Positions 11,079 to 21,331 of a stretch of DNA of 64,000 bases are shown here, piece by piece. Source of the stretch: an uncultured Alphaproteobacteria bacterium (GTDB lineage: Bacteria > Pseudomonadota > Alphaproteobacteria > Acetobacterales > Acetobacteraceae); contig CAVYTN010000023.1 of assembly GCA_963771475.1 (NCBI GenBank), positions 183,349 to 247,348 of the forward strand, given 5' to 3'. How positions within the stretch are numbered: position 1 is the first letter of the stretch; each line of letters begins with the position of its first letter. The notes under the pieces were generated by a model. The model made no database searches, was not told where the DNA came from, and saw nothing but the letters and a program-made list of their open reading frames with translations. Both the position numbers and the translations under genes were made by a program.

Positions 11079-11148
11079 GGACCCCAAGGACAGGCCCGAG
11101 GACGACCCCAAGGACGACGCACAGGACGAACCCGAGGACGACCAATGA
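11071..11148 (+). CDS. Putative 25-aa acidic small [28 protein letters not shown]
   Basis: Its ATG overlaps the rlmJ end (ATGAATGA) and its TGA overlaps the gpsA ATG (ATGA). Built from about 12-bp repeats. Confidence 0.35.
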   Translation: MNEDPKDRPEDDPKDDAQDEPEDDQ

Positions 11149-12131
11149 GTGACGTTCCGATGAGCGGCGGCGGACGCATCACCGTTGCAGGCGCCGGTGC
11201 CTGGGGGACGGCGCTGGCGATCCAGGCGCATCGCGCCGGCTGCACGGTGCAGCTCGTGGCGCGGCAGGCCGCGATGGCGCAGGCGATCAATACCGCGCGC
11301 ACCAATCCGCGCCTGCCGGGCGTGGCGTTGCCGCCGGAGATCGCGGTGACCGATATACTGCCCGCGCAGAGCGACCTGCTGCTGTGGGTGGTGCCGGTAC
11401 AGCATATGCGTGCCTCCCTGTTGCACTGGCGTCCGGCGGATGTGCCTGTCATGGTCTGCGCCAAGGGCGTCGAGCGAGGCACCAACCTTCTGCCGCTGGA
11501 GGTGCTGGCGGACGTCACCACGAACTGCCCCGGCGCCGTGCTCAGCGGCCCGAATTTCGCGCATGAGGTGGCGCGTGGCCTGCCGGCGGCGGCGGTGGTC
11601 GCCGCGGCAGATGCGACCCTGCGCGACCGGATCGCGACACGGCTGGCAACGGCGACGTTCCGGCTCTACGGCAACGACGATCCGATCGGCGCGCAGATCG
11701 GCGGGGCCGCCAAGAACGTGATCGCCATCGCCGCCGGCGCCGTGATGGGTGCAGGCCTGGGAGAGAATGCCCGCGCGGCCCTGGTCACCCGTGGGCTGGC
11801 CGAGTTGCGCCGGCTGGTCGAGGCCGTCGGCGGCAGAGCCGAGACGGTGATGGGCCTGTCCGGTCTCGGCGACCTGCTGCTGACCTGCACCGGACCGTCG
11901 AGCCGGAATTACGCGCTGGGGCACGCGCTCGGCACGGGCAAGAGCCTGGCCGAAACCCTCGCCGCCAGCGCGGGCGTGGTCGAGGGCGTCGCCACGGCCG
12001 AGGCCCTGCTGGCGCGCGCTGCGGGTGTCGATCTGCCGATTTGCCAGGCGGTGGCGGACGTGCTGGCTGGGCGCTGCTCTCTGGCCGACGCGATGCAAGG
12101 GCTGCTGGCGCGGCCAAGGCGGAATGAGTGA
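11145..12131 (+). CDS. gpsA: NAD(P)H-dependent glycerol-3-phosphate dehydrogenase
   Basis: GAGAWGTALA, CAKGVE, LSGPNFA, GGAAKNVIAIA, GLSGLGDLLLTC, SRNY, VVEG. Confidence 0.95.
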   Translation: MSDVPMSGGGRITVAGAGAWGTALAIQAHRAGCTVQLVARQAAMAQAINTARTNPRLPGVALPPEIAVTDILPAQSDLLLWVVPVQHMRASLLHWRPADVPVMVCAKGVERGTNLLPLEVLADVTTNCPGAVLSGPNFAHEVARGLPAAAVVAAADATLRDRIATRLATATFRLYGNDDPIGAQIGGAAKNVIAIAAGAVMGAGLGENARAALVTRGLAELRRLVEAVGGRAETVMGLSGLGDLLLTCTGPSSRNYALGHALGTGKSLAETLAASAGVVEGVATAEALLARAAGVDLPICQAVADVLAGRCSLADAMQGLLARPRRNE

Positions 12132-12250
12132 GCCCGTCGATAGTTGAGGCGGCACGGACTCGGGATCGGTGGTAGGACCGCGCCCCATGTGGTTGTCGGA
12201 CGCAATGCGATCTTGTGCTGATGGGCCCTTCAAGGGGTGGCGGAGGCTGG

Positions 12251-12498
12251 AAAGAAACCACGGAGCAGCCGCTATGCGGCTTTCACGGAGGATGCACGGA
12301 GGGCCACGGAGCCGTTGTATCGGCGGAACCGGCACACCGTCTGGTTGGGTACTGGCCCTTTAGGTTTGATTTTAAGTTTCTTCCGGCCTCACCATCCATC
12401 TCCGAGCCGCCGGCTTCTCCACACCGGATCAGCAACGCCTCCGTGGCCCTTCGTGCATCCTCCGTGAGGTCGCAAAGCGACCGCTCCGTGGTTTCTTT
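12251..12498. repeat. Paired inverted CACGGAG-family arms
   Basis: AAAGAAACCACGGAGC (12251-12266) and GCTCCGTGGTTTCTTT (12483-12498); arms of about 65 bp with repeated CACGGAG. Confidence 0.85.
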
Positions 12499-12533
12499 TC
12501 CAATCCAAACCCGATCCCAGCCCCACCCCTCCC

Positions 12534-14140
12534 ATGCTGAAGAACATCCTGACCGTCGGCGGCTGGACGCTGGCAAGCCGCATCCTCGGCTTCGCGCCGC
12601 GACATGCTGATCGCCGCGCTGATCGGCACCGGCCCGATCGCCGACGCGTTCTTCGTCGCGCTGAAACTGCCCAACCTGTTCCGCCGCCTGTTCGGCGAGG
12701 GCGCCTTCAACGCCGCCTTCATCCCCGAGTTCACCGGCATCCTCCACGCCGAAGGCCGCCCCGCCGCTCGGCAATTCGCCGAGGAAGCCTTCGCCGTCAT
12801 GACCTTCTGGCTCTGCCTGATGACCATCGCGGGCGAGGTCTTCATGCCGCAGACTGATGCTGGTCCTCGCACCCGGATTTTCCGCGCGACCCGGCGAAAT
12901 TCGCTCTCGCCGTCGACCTGTCGCGGATCACCTTTCCCTATCTGCTGCTGATCTGCCTCGCCGCCCTGGTCTCCGGCGTGCTGAACGGGCTGGAGCGTTT
13001 ACCGCGGCCTCGGCGTCCTACGTGCTGTTCAACATCGTCTCGATCGCCTGCATGCTGTGGCTGACACCCTTCGTGCCGACGGTCGGCCACGCGCTGTCCT
13101 GGGGCGTCAGCTGTCTCGGGTGTCGCTGCAGCTTGGGTTTGCTGATGGTGGCGCTGCAGCGGCACGGGATGACGCTGCGCATCCCACGCCCGCGGCTGAC
13201 GCCGCGGATGCGCCTGCTGATGCGGCGCATGGCGCCAGGCCTGGTCGGCGCCGGCGTGACGCAGCTCAATCTCGCGGTCGACGTGATCATCGCGAGCCTG
13301 TTGCCGCCCGGCACCGTGTCGGTGCTGTATTATGCCGACCGGGTGCAGCAATTGCCGCTGGGGGTGATCGGCACCGCGGTCGGCACGGCGCTGCTGCCGC
13401 GCTGTCGCGCCAGGTGCGCGGCGGCGAGGCGGCGACGGCGATCGGACACGCTGAACCGAGCGATCGAGTATGCGCTGTTTCTGACGTTGCCGGCGGCGCT
13501 GGCGCTGATCGTCTGCGCCTATCCGATCATCTCGGTGCTGTTCGGCCGCGGCGCGTTCGATGCGACGAGCGTGCTGTTTTCGTCGCAGTCGCTGGCGGCC
13601 TATGCGATCGGGCTGCCGGCCTTCGTCACGGTGAAGGTGCTGATGCCGGCGTTCTTCGCCCGTGGCGATACAGCGATGCCGGTGAAGATCGGCATCGTCT
13701 GCGTGGCGCTGAACCTGGGACTGAACCTCGCTGTTCATGGCCCCTCTGGCGCATATCGGACCGGCGCTGGCGACCAGCCTGGCGGCGATCGCCAATGTGC
13801 TGTGGCCTCGGCGCGATCCTCGTCCGGCGTGGGCATTTCGGCCCGATGCGCTGCTGTACCGGCGGGTGCTGGCGATGGCGGGCTCCTCGGTCGTCATGGC
13901 TGCCGTACTCTGGGGATGCGAGCCGCTGGTTGTTCGCCGCGCCGATGCACGGGGCCGTGCGCCTGGCCGCGCTGGGCGGCACTGATCGCGGCCGGCATGC
14001 TGGTTTACGGCATCGCTGCGCAACTGACCGGGGCTTATGATCTGCGCGAGGTCGGGCGTATGATGGCGCGCCGTCGCAAACGGCGCGCGCCAGTGGCGGC
14101 CCCAGTGGCGGCGGCGAAGACGACAACCAACGAGGTCTGA
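12534..14140 (+). CDS. murJ: Lipid II flippase MurJ (MviN), frameshifted
   Basis: [61 protein letters not shown]. Confidence 0.9.
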
Positions 14141-14145
14141 GTTCG

Positions 14146-15164
14146 ATGCAGCGCGTTTTCTCCGGCATTCAGCCGTCCGGCATTCCCACCTTGGGCAATT
14201 ACCTGGGCGCGATCCGCAACTGGGTCACGCTGCAGGACGACCACGACTGCATCTGGTGCGTCGTCGACCTGCACGCGATCACCGTCTGGCAGGACCCGAC
14301 AGCAACTGCGCCAGCAGACGCGGGAGATGACGGCGGTGCTGCTGGCCTGCGGCATCGATCCGCGACGAAGCACATCCTGTTCCTGCAGTCCGCGGTGCGC
14401 GCCCATGCGCAGCTGGCCTGGATCTTCAACTGCGTGGCGCGGCTCGGCTGGCTCAACCGGATGACGCAGTTCAAGGACAAGGCCGGCAAGGACCGGGAAA
14501 ACGCCTCGGCCGGGCTGTATGTCTATCCGAACCTGATGGCGGCCGACATCCTGGCCTATCACGCGACCGCGCGTGCCGGTCGGCGACGACCAGCGCCAGC
14601 ATCTGGAACTGGCGAACGACATCGCGCAGAAGTTCAACCACGACTACGGCGTCGATTTCTTCCCGCAATATCGAGCCGCTGATCATGGGCCCGGCGCCGC
14701 GGGTCATGAGCCTGCGCGACGGCACGAAGAAGATGTCGAAGTCCGATCCGTCGGATCAGAGCCGGATCAACCTCAACGACGACGCCGACACGATCGCGCT
14801 GAAGATCCGCCGCGCGAAGACCGATCCCGGAGCCGCTGCCGTCCGAGCCGCACGGGCTGGAGAACCGGCCGGAGGCGCGCAACCTGGTCGGCATCTACGC
14901 CGCGCTGGACGGACACCGACCACGCCACGGTGCTGCGCGAGCACGGCGGCAAGGGGTTCGGCGCGTTCAAGGAGGTGCTGACCGCTCTGGTGGTCGAGAA
15001 GCTGACGCCGATCGCGGCCGAGACGACAGCGGCTGCTGGCTGATCCGGGCGGCGTCGATCGCGCGTGCTGCGCGACGGGGCCGGAGCGGGCGGCGGCGAT
15101 CGCCGATCCGATCGTCGCGGAGGCCGAGCGGCTGGTCGGCTTCGTCGGCATGAGGGCCGAGTAG
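14146..15164 (+). CDS. trpS: Tryptophan--tRNA ligase, frameshifted
   Basis: [50 protein letters not shown]. Confidence 0.95.
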
Positions 15165-15290
15165 TCGCAGCGGAACAGAGGGGCCTCGCTGAACGATCTA
15201 TGTAGGCGTCGCCCCGTCTGCGTGGCCGAGCGGTGAAATCAGTCAACGGTCAGCCCTTAGCTGACCCTTCCCCGTGGATGGTCGGCGAAG

Positions 15291-16124
15291 CAGGCTGTGC
15301 GAAAACTCGAACGCTATGCGACCAGTGAGAATGAATTTCTCCGCCTAATGGCGGCGGTAGCCCCTCATGTCATGGCTGGCCTTGTGCCACGGCTGCGCGG
15401 CACGTTTCTTGAGTCCTGGTTGCAATATTCCCTATGCGAATCACACGACATTGATTCTCATTGAGATTCCGACGTTTGCCGACGTCACCGGACCTCAGGA
15501 GATCAATGCCGTGCCAGCCCATCCTAACGTATTCGCCTCGATTTTGAAGCTCTTCCCGTGGGGGGAGTTCAACCAGGCGGTCAGGCAGCACGGCGCGAAG
15601 GCGGCTCGCTCCTTCAGCTATCGCAGCCAACTCGTCGCCATGATCTATGCGCAACTCGCCGGCGTCGGCAGTTCGCTGGCTCTCGAGGCCGAGATGGCCT
15701 CCCACGCCGATCGTCTGCAACCGCTCGGCATCACCGTGCCGCGTGCCAGGTACACTCCGCGATGCCAACCGCTACCGGTGTGCCCAGGTCTTCGCCGAGG
15801 TGCTGGCGACACTGATCGGCCGGGCCCAGCCCTTGCTTCGCAAGCAGATGGAGGGGGTCACCCACCTGATCGACAGCACCAGTATCCCGCTGAGCAGAGC
15901 CGCCGTTGGGCAAGCTTCGCCGCGTAGGCGCCAAGCTAGGGCGCATCGTCTCTCCCGACGTCGGTGGTGGGCTTGTGCCGGCCATCCACGCCTTTAGGCG
16001 GTTGATATTCCGCAAGTCGTGGGTGGCCGGCACAAGGCCGGCCATGACAGGGTTATGCATCCCGCCACATCGTCAGAAATATTTTCTCCGAACGCGCCTC
16101 TCGCCTGCGTTTTCGCACTGTCTG
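15291..16124. mobile_element. IS1182-like terminal shell (no own transposase) inserted in a hairpin loop
   Basis: TIRs CAGGCTGTGCGAAAAC (15291-15306) and GTTTTCGCACTGTCTG (16109-16124), 14/16 match. GAAG duplicated at 15287-15290 and 16125-16128. Flanks form a perfect 15-bp inverted repeat. Family inferred from end sequence. Confidence 0.65.
15511..15927 (+). pseudogene. IS4-family transposase remnant (DUF4372-like N-terminus; truncated and frameshifted)
   Basis: NVFASILKLFPW.EF..AV.QH...SQLVAMIYAQLAG..S...LE; TL.DANRYR...VFAEV; LIDSTSI (first D of DDE), then breaks off. Element spans about 15388-15969. Confidence 0.75.
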
Positions 16125-16260
16125 GAAGGCCGACCATCCACGGATTGGTCTCAACCGGCACCGCAAGGCGTGGATGATCAACCTTCCCCGACCACGACGG
16201 TAGAATCCAAAAACGGTCAGCCCGTTGGGCTCCCGGTCTGATATCTCGCGCGTCTCCGCG

Positions 16261-17643
16261 TCAGCCGCCGGCGCCCGTCAGGGTATCGTAGAGCAACTTG
16301 CAGTTCAGGATGAGGATGATCCCCGTCACGGCCCAGGCAAGGACCGTCGTCCCTCTACCGATCGCAAGGTTTCCCATTTTCTCTTTACTGGAAACGAACT
16401 GGACCAGGGGTATGGCGGCAAGCGGGAGCTGAATGGACAGGATGACCTGACTGAACACAATGAGCCTGTCAGCGCCTTTGTCGCCGTAAACCATGATCGC
16501 TATGACGACCGGCACAATGGCAAAACCACGGGTGATGAGCCGCCTCGCCCAGTGCGGAATCCGCAACCGCAGAAAGCCTTCCATGACGATCTGCCCGGCA
16601 AGCGTAGCGGTTACCGTGGAGTTGATGCCGGACGCCAGCAGCGCGACCGCAAAGAGAAACGAGGCAATTCCCAGACCCAGCAGGGGTGAGAGCAACCGGA
16701 AGGCCTCGCTGATATCGGCAACATCCTGGTGTCCGGTGGTGTGAAACGCGGTGGCGGCCACGATGAGAATTGCGGCGTTCACGAAGAGGGCCAGCATCAA
16801 TGCGATGGTCGAGTTGATCGTCGCCCATTTGATCGCATCGCGCTTGCCGGCGTCGGTTCTCTCGTAGTTACGCGTTTGCACGATCGACGAGTGTAGATAC
16901 AGATTATGCGGCATGACGGTTGCGCCGATGATGCCGATCGCCAGGTACAGCATCGCTGGATTGGTAACGATTTCGGGCGCAGGGATGAACATGCTGCCAA
17001 GCAGTTCCCGCACGGGCGGGGCCGCCGCCACGATCTGTATGATGAAGCAGACGAAGATGATGACGAGCATTCCGATGATAAAGGCCTCCAGGTAGCGGAA
17101 ACCCTTGTTCATCAGGAAAAGCAGTAGAAGCGCGTCGAATCCCGCCAGTACTGCACCGACGATCAACGGGATATGAAACAAGAGCTGCAGGGCAATGGCG
17201 GTGCCGATCACCTCGGCCAGGTCGCATGCCATGATGGCCAGTTCGCAGGTGATCCAAAGGACGAAATTGACCGGCTTGGGATAGTAGGCCCGACAGGCCT
17301 GGGCAAGATCGCGTCCCGTCACCAGCCCCAGGCGCGCGGCGAGCGCCTGCAGCAGAATCGCCATCAGGTTGGAAAGCATGACGATGAAGAGCAGCGTGTA
17401 GCCATAGGACGCGCCACCGGCGAGATCGGTCGCCCAGTTGCCGGGATCCATATAACCGACCGACACCATGTAACCGGGTCCGATGAATGCAAACAGGCGC
17501 CGGAACCACGCCCCCGCCCTAGGGACATGAATAGTGCCATGGACCTCCGGCAGGCTCGGTTCCCTGTCATCGTCCAGCCACGAGAAGCGCGACCGCGATC
17601 GTGAGGACAACGCTGGCTGCATCTGGGACATCCGGGTCTCCAA
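16261..17643 (-). CDS. mntH: Nramp-family Mn2+/divalent metal transporter
   Basis: [56 protein letters not shown]. Confidence 0.95.
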   Translation of the reverse strand: METRMSQMQPALSSRSRSRFSWLDDDREPSLPEVHGTIHVPRAGAWFRRLFAFIGPGYMVSVGYMDPGNWATDLAGGASYGYTLLFIVMLSNLMAILLQALAARLGLVTGRDLAQACRAYYPKPVNFVLWITCELAIMACDLAEVIGTAIALQLLFHIPLIVGAVLAGFDALLLLFLMNKGFRYLEAFIIGMLVIIFVCFIIQIVAAAPPVRELLGSMFIPAPEIVTNPAMLYLAIGIIGATVMPHNLYLHSSIVQTRNYERTDAGKRDAIKWATINSTIALMLALFVNAAILIVAATAFHTTGHQDVADISEAFRLLSPLLGLGIASFLFAVALLASGINSTVTATLAGQIVMEGFLRLRIPHWARRLITRGFAIVPVVIAIMVYGDKGADRLIVFSQVILSIQLPLAAIPLVQFVSSKEKMGNLAIGRGTTVLAWAVTGIILILNCKLLYDTLTGAGG

Positions 17644-17691
17644 GGCTTCACTTATGCGCTTAATACCATAAGATTACCCACGGGCGATCAA

Positions 17692-17707
17692 TATGCAATA
17701 GGCTATA
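17692..17707. promoter_or_regulatory. Probable second MntR box upstream of mntH
   Basis: Reverse complement TATAGCCTATTGCATA resembles the box at 17821. Confidence 0.45.
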
Positions 17708-17820
17708 ATATGTAGCATTGGCCGCCACGTCCCGGTGTGGCGCCCCAGTGCGGCGCCCCAGTGGCGCTGTGGCGCCCCATTGTGACGCATTGCATCTTTA
17801 CAGAATGCAGGCGACAGACT

Positions 17821-17836
17821 TATAGCCGCAGCTATA
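17821..17836. promoter_or_regulatory. MntR-binding palindrome
   Basis: TATAGC-CGCA-GCTATA between divergent mntH and mntR; resembles the enterobacterial MntR box core CATAGC-N4-GCTATG. Confidence 0.65.
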
Positions 17837-17913
17837 TTTGTTTCTGACGATTGGGGAGGTTTGCCATGAGTTAGCCGACCCGGACACCAGCCGCGATCTC
17901 CCGGGACGCGCCG

Positions 17914-18327
17914 TTGCCCGCCGCCGACACGCACTCCCGGGTGTTCGAGCATGCGCGCAAAGCGCGCCGCAGCGCCCTGCTTGAGGATTATATGGAACTC
18001 ATCGCCGATCTCATCGAAGACGGGCAGGAAGCGCGCCAGGTCGATATCGCGGCCCGGTTTGGCGTGTCACAGCCGACTGTCGGGAAAATGCTCAAGCGGC
18101 TGGTGGCGGAAGGGCTTGCATCTCAGAAGCCGTATCGCGGCGTCTTCCTGACCGAAGCCGGCCAGGCAATCGCGCAAATGAGCCGCCAGCGCCACCAGAT
18201 CGTCGAGGCATTCCTGCGTTCGTTGGGCGTGAGTGCTGAAACGGCAAGAATTGACGCCGAGGGCATCGAACATCACGTCAGCCTGGAAACGCTCGACGCC
18301 TTCAGGCGAGCGATGACGCGGACATGA
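17914..18327 (+). CDS. mntR: Manganese-binding DtxR/MntR transcriptional regulator
   Basis: [52 protein letters not shown]; start uncertain. Confidence 0.92.
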   Translation: MPAADTHSRVFEHARKARRSALLEDYMELIADLIEDGQEARQVDIAARFGVSQPTVGKMLKRLVAEGLASQKPYRGVFLTEAGQAIAQMSRQRHQIVEAFLRSLGVSAETARIDAEGIEHHVSLETLDAFRRAMTRT

Positions 18328-18578
18328 GGGCCTGGTCGGACGTCACGGCAGTTGCGGGCCGGGTTCGGCTCTAACCCATCTTTGCCTGGCCAGCCAGTGA
18401 TCGAATTCCAACAATTCCGACCGACCGGGGTCGGCTGATCGGAGCCGGCTGGCCGGGCGTTGCCGACGGAACCGGTGACCCTGCGTCGGAGTAGCACCCC
18501 TCGGAGGCGATCGATGCGGCCGTTTCCAACGGCTAGCGGTACCGGGCGGGCCAATGCACGTCTCCCATGCAAATCTGC

Positions 18579-18597
18579 AATTGCGAGTAATTCGCAA
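18579..18597. promoter_or_regulatory. Putative Fur-type iron box upstream of bfd-bfr
   Basis: Palindrome TTGCGA-GTAAT-TCGCAA about 35 bp before bfd. Confidence 0.55.
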
Positions 18598-18632
18598 CCC
18601 TGCTATTTGATCATGGCAGCTGAGGGACGCCC

Positions 18633-18830
18633 GTGTATATCTGCCTTTGCAATGCATTGACCGATGCCGACATCCGCCGCGCGACCGAGACTCACGGTGC
18701 CCGCCGTCCAGCAGAAGTCTTCGAGTATTGTGGCTGCCGAGCACAATGCGGCTCCTGCGTAAGGACGTTGTGCGGCATGGTGCGCGACGCACTGGGCACA
18801 GACCCAACAACGGCGTTTGCTGCCGCCTGA
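18633..18830 (+). CDS. bfd: Bacterioferritin-associated (2Fe-2S) ferredoxin
   Basis: MYICLCNALTD...CGSC; directly upstream of bfr. Confidence 0.88.
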   Translation: MYICLCNALTDADIRRATETHGARRPAEVFEYCGCRAQCGSCVRTLCGMVRDALGTDPTTAFAAA

Positions 18831-18873
18831 CAGACAAGGCAAAATGTCCGGCTAATCTGATTCGGAGGCGGGC

Positions 18874-19362
18874 ATGCTGCGGGATCCCAAAGTCGTCGAA
18901 CATCTCAACACGGTGCTGACCAACGAACTGACGGCGATCAATCAGTATTTCCTGCACGCGCGTACGCTTCAGCACTGGGGCGTCACGCACCTGGGCAAGA
19001 AGGAATACGACGAATTGATCGAGGAGATGCGTCACGCCGACTGGCTCATCAAGCGTATCCTGTTCCTCAACGGCCTTCCCAATGTACAGCGGTTGAACCA
19101 GGTCATGGTCGGCCAGACGGTTGAGGAAATCCTCCGCGCCGATCTTCAACTTGAGGAAAAGGCGATGGAGGACCTGCGCGAAGGCATCGCCTATTGTGAA
19201 TTGGTGCGTGATTACATCTCGCGCGACTTACTGCGGCAGATTCTCGACAATGAGGAAGAGCATGTCGACTTCCTCGACCGGCAATTCGACCTGATCAAGC
19301 AGATCGGGGTCGAACGGTATATCCATCTGAACAGCGCGCCTGCCCCTGTGCAGGAAGGCTAG
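18874..19362 (+). CDS. bfr: Bacterioferritin
   Basis: [35 protein letters not shown]. Confidence 0.97.
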   Translation: MLRDPKVVEHLNTVLTNELTAINQYFLHARTLQHWGVTHLGKKEYDELIEEMRHADWLIKRILFLNGLPNVQRLNQVMVGQTVEEILRADLQLEEKAMEDLREGIAYCELVRDYISRDLLRQILDNEEEHVDFLDRQFDLIKQIGVERYIHLNSAPAPVQEG

Positions 19363-19377
19363 CAGTTCAAACCGACA

Positions 19378-19458
19378 CCGTCATGGCCCGAACGGAGCCT
19401 CGGCGTCCCGCATCCCCCGCTGAACGAGATGGCCCGGTCAGAGTCCGGGCCATGACGG
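19378..19458. repeat. GTCATGGCC-type REP-like palindrome between convergent bfr and glmS
   Basis: CCGTCATGGCCCG ... CGGGCCATGACGG, perfect 13-bp inverted repeat. Related copies near 3772-3837/4277-4295, 15369/15970-16048 and 31954-31990. Confidence 0.7.
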
Positions 19459-19501
19459 GCATGAGCGATTCCAGTCAGGCAGACACTGCCCTGGCACCGC
19501 C

Positions 19502-21331
19502 TCATTCGACCGTGACCGACTTCGCCAGGTTCCGCGGCTGGTCCACATCCGTGCCCTTCAGCACCGCGACATGATAGGCCAGCATCTGCACCGGGATCGC
19601 GTAAAGGATCGGCGCCACGAACGGATCGACCGCCGGCAGCACGACCGTCTCGGCCGCGATGCCCCGTCAGCTTCGCCGCCCCGGCCGCGTCGCTGAACAC
19701 GATCACCTGGCCGCCGCGCGCCGCCGCTTCCTGCAGGTTCGACGCGGTCTTCTCGAACAGCGGCCCGGACGGCGCGATCGCGATCACCGGCACCGCCGGG
19801 TCGATCAGCGCGATCGGGCCGTGCTTCATTTCACCGGCGGCATAACCCTCGGCGTGGATGTAGCTGATTTCCTTCAGCTTCAGCGCACCTTCCAGCGCGA
19901 TCGGGAAGCAATTGCCGCGGCCCGAGGAACAGCACGTCGCGCGCCTTCGCGACACGCGTGCGCAATCGCCTGGATCGCCGCATCATTCTCCAGCACCTCC
20001 GCCGCTCGGCTCGGCACTTCCAGCAGCGCGGCCGTCATCGCCGCCTCCTGCGTCCGCATCGATCGCGCCCGTCGCGCGGCCCGCCGCCAGCGCGAGGCAG
20101 GCCAGCACCGACAACTGCGCGGTGAACGCCTTGGTGCTGGCGACACCGATCTCCGGCCCGGCGACGGTTTCCAGCACCGCGTCGCTTTCCCGCGCCATGC
20201 TGCTTTCCGGCACGTTCAGGATCGACAGCACGTGCTGCCCCTGCTCGCGCATGTAGCGCAGCGCCGCCAGCGTATCGGCCGTCTCGCCCGATTGCGACAC
20301 CAGCAGCCCGAGGCCGCCCTTCGGCAGCGGCGGCGTGCGGTAGCGGAATTCGCTGGCGACATCGCCGTCCGTCGGAATGCGGGCCATCGCCTCGAACCAC
20401 CAGCGGCCGACCAGCCCGGCGTAGAACGCGCTGCCGCAGGCGCTCATGGTGATTCGCGGCACCTGCGCGAAGTCGATCCCGAGATCCGGCAGCGCCACGG
20501 CGCGGCTTGCCGGGGTTGACCATGCGGTGCAGCGTGTCGCCGATCACCGCCGGATGCTCGTGCAGCTCCTTCTCCATGAAGTGGCGAAAATTGCCCTTGC
20601 CGATCGCGGCGCCGGTCAGGCGGGTCAGCTTGATCTCGCGCTCGACCGGGTTGCCGTCCATGTCGAAGAACTTCGCACCCTGGCGGTCCACGACCGTCCA
20701 GTCGCCGTCGCGCAGATAGGCGATGCGGCGGGTCAGCGGCGCCAGCGCCAGCGCGTCGGAGCCGACGAACATCTCGTCGTCGCCGAAGCCGACCGCCAGC
20801 GGCGCGCCGTGCTGGGCGCCGACGATCAGTTCCGGATGGCCGGCGAAGATCATCGCCAGCGCGTAGGCGCCTTCCAGCCGGCGCAGCGCCGCGCCGGCCG
20901 CCTCGATCGGCGCCATGCCGCTGCTTCAGGTTCAGGTCGACCAGTTGGGCGACCGTTTCGGTGTCGGTCTCGGTGCTGAATTCCTGGCCCTCGGCCTCCA
21001 GTTCGGCGCGCAGTTCGGCGTGGTTTTCGATGATGCCGTTATGCACCAGCGACACGCGGGAGGTGCCGTGCGGATGGGCGTTGCTCTCGGTCGGCGCGCC
21101 GTGCGTGGCCCAGCGGGTGTGGCCGATGCCGATCGAGCCGGTCAGCGGCGGTTCGTCCAGCGAGGCGGCGAGGTTGCCCAGTTTGCCCTCGGCGCGGCGG
21201 CGATCGATGTGGCCGTTCACCAGCGTGGCGATGCCGGCGCTGTCATAGCCGCGATATTCCAGCCGGCGCAGCGCATCCAGGATGATCGGCGCGGCCGGGC
21301 GCGCGCCGATGACTCCAACAATGCCACACAT
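19502..21331 (-). CDS. glmS: Glutamine--fructose-6-phosphate aminotransferase, frameshifted
   Basis: [70 protein letters not shown]. Confidence 0.95.

Noticed and set aside
17735-17783. Short GGCGCCCCA repeats between mntH and mntR
   Set aside because: Short, GC-rich and irregularly spaced; probably slippage.
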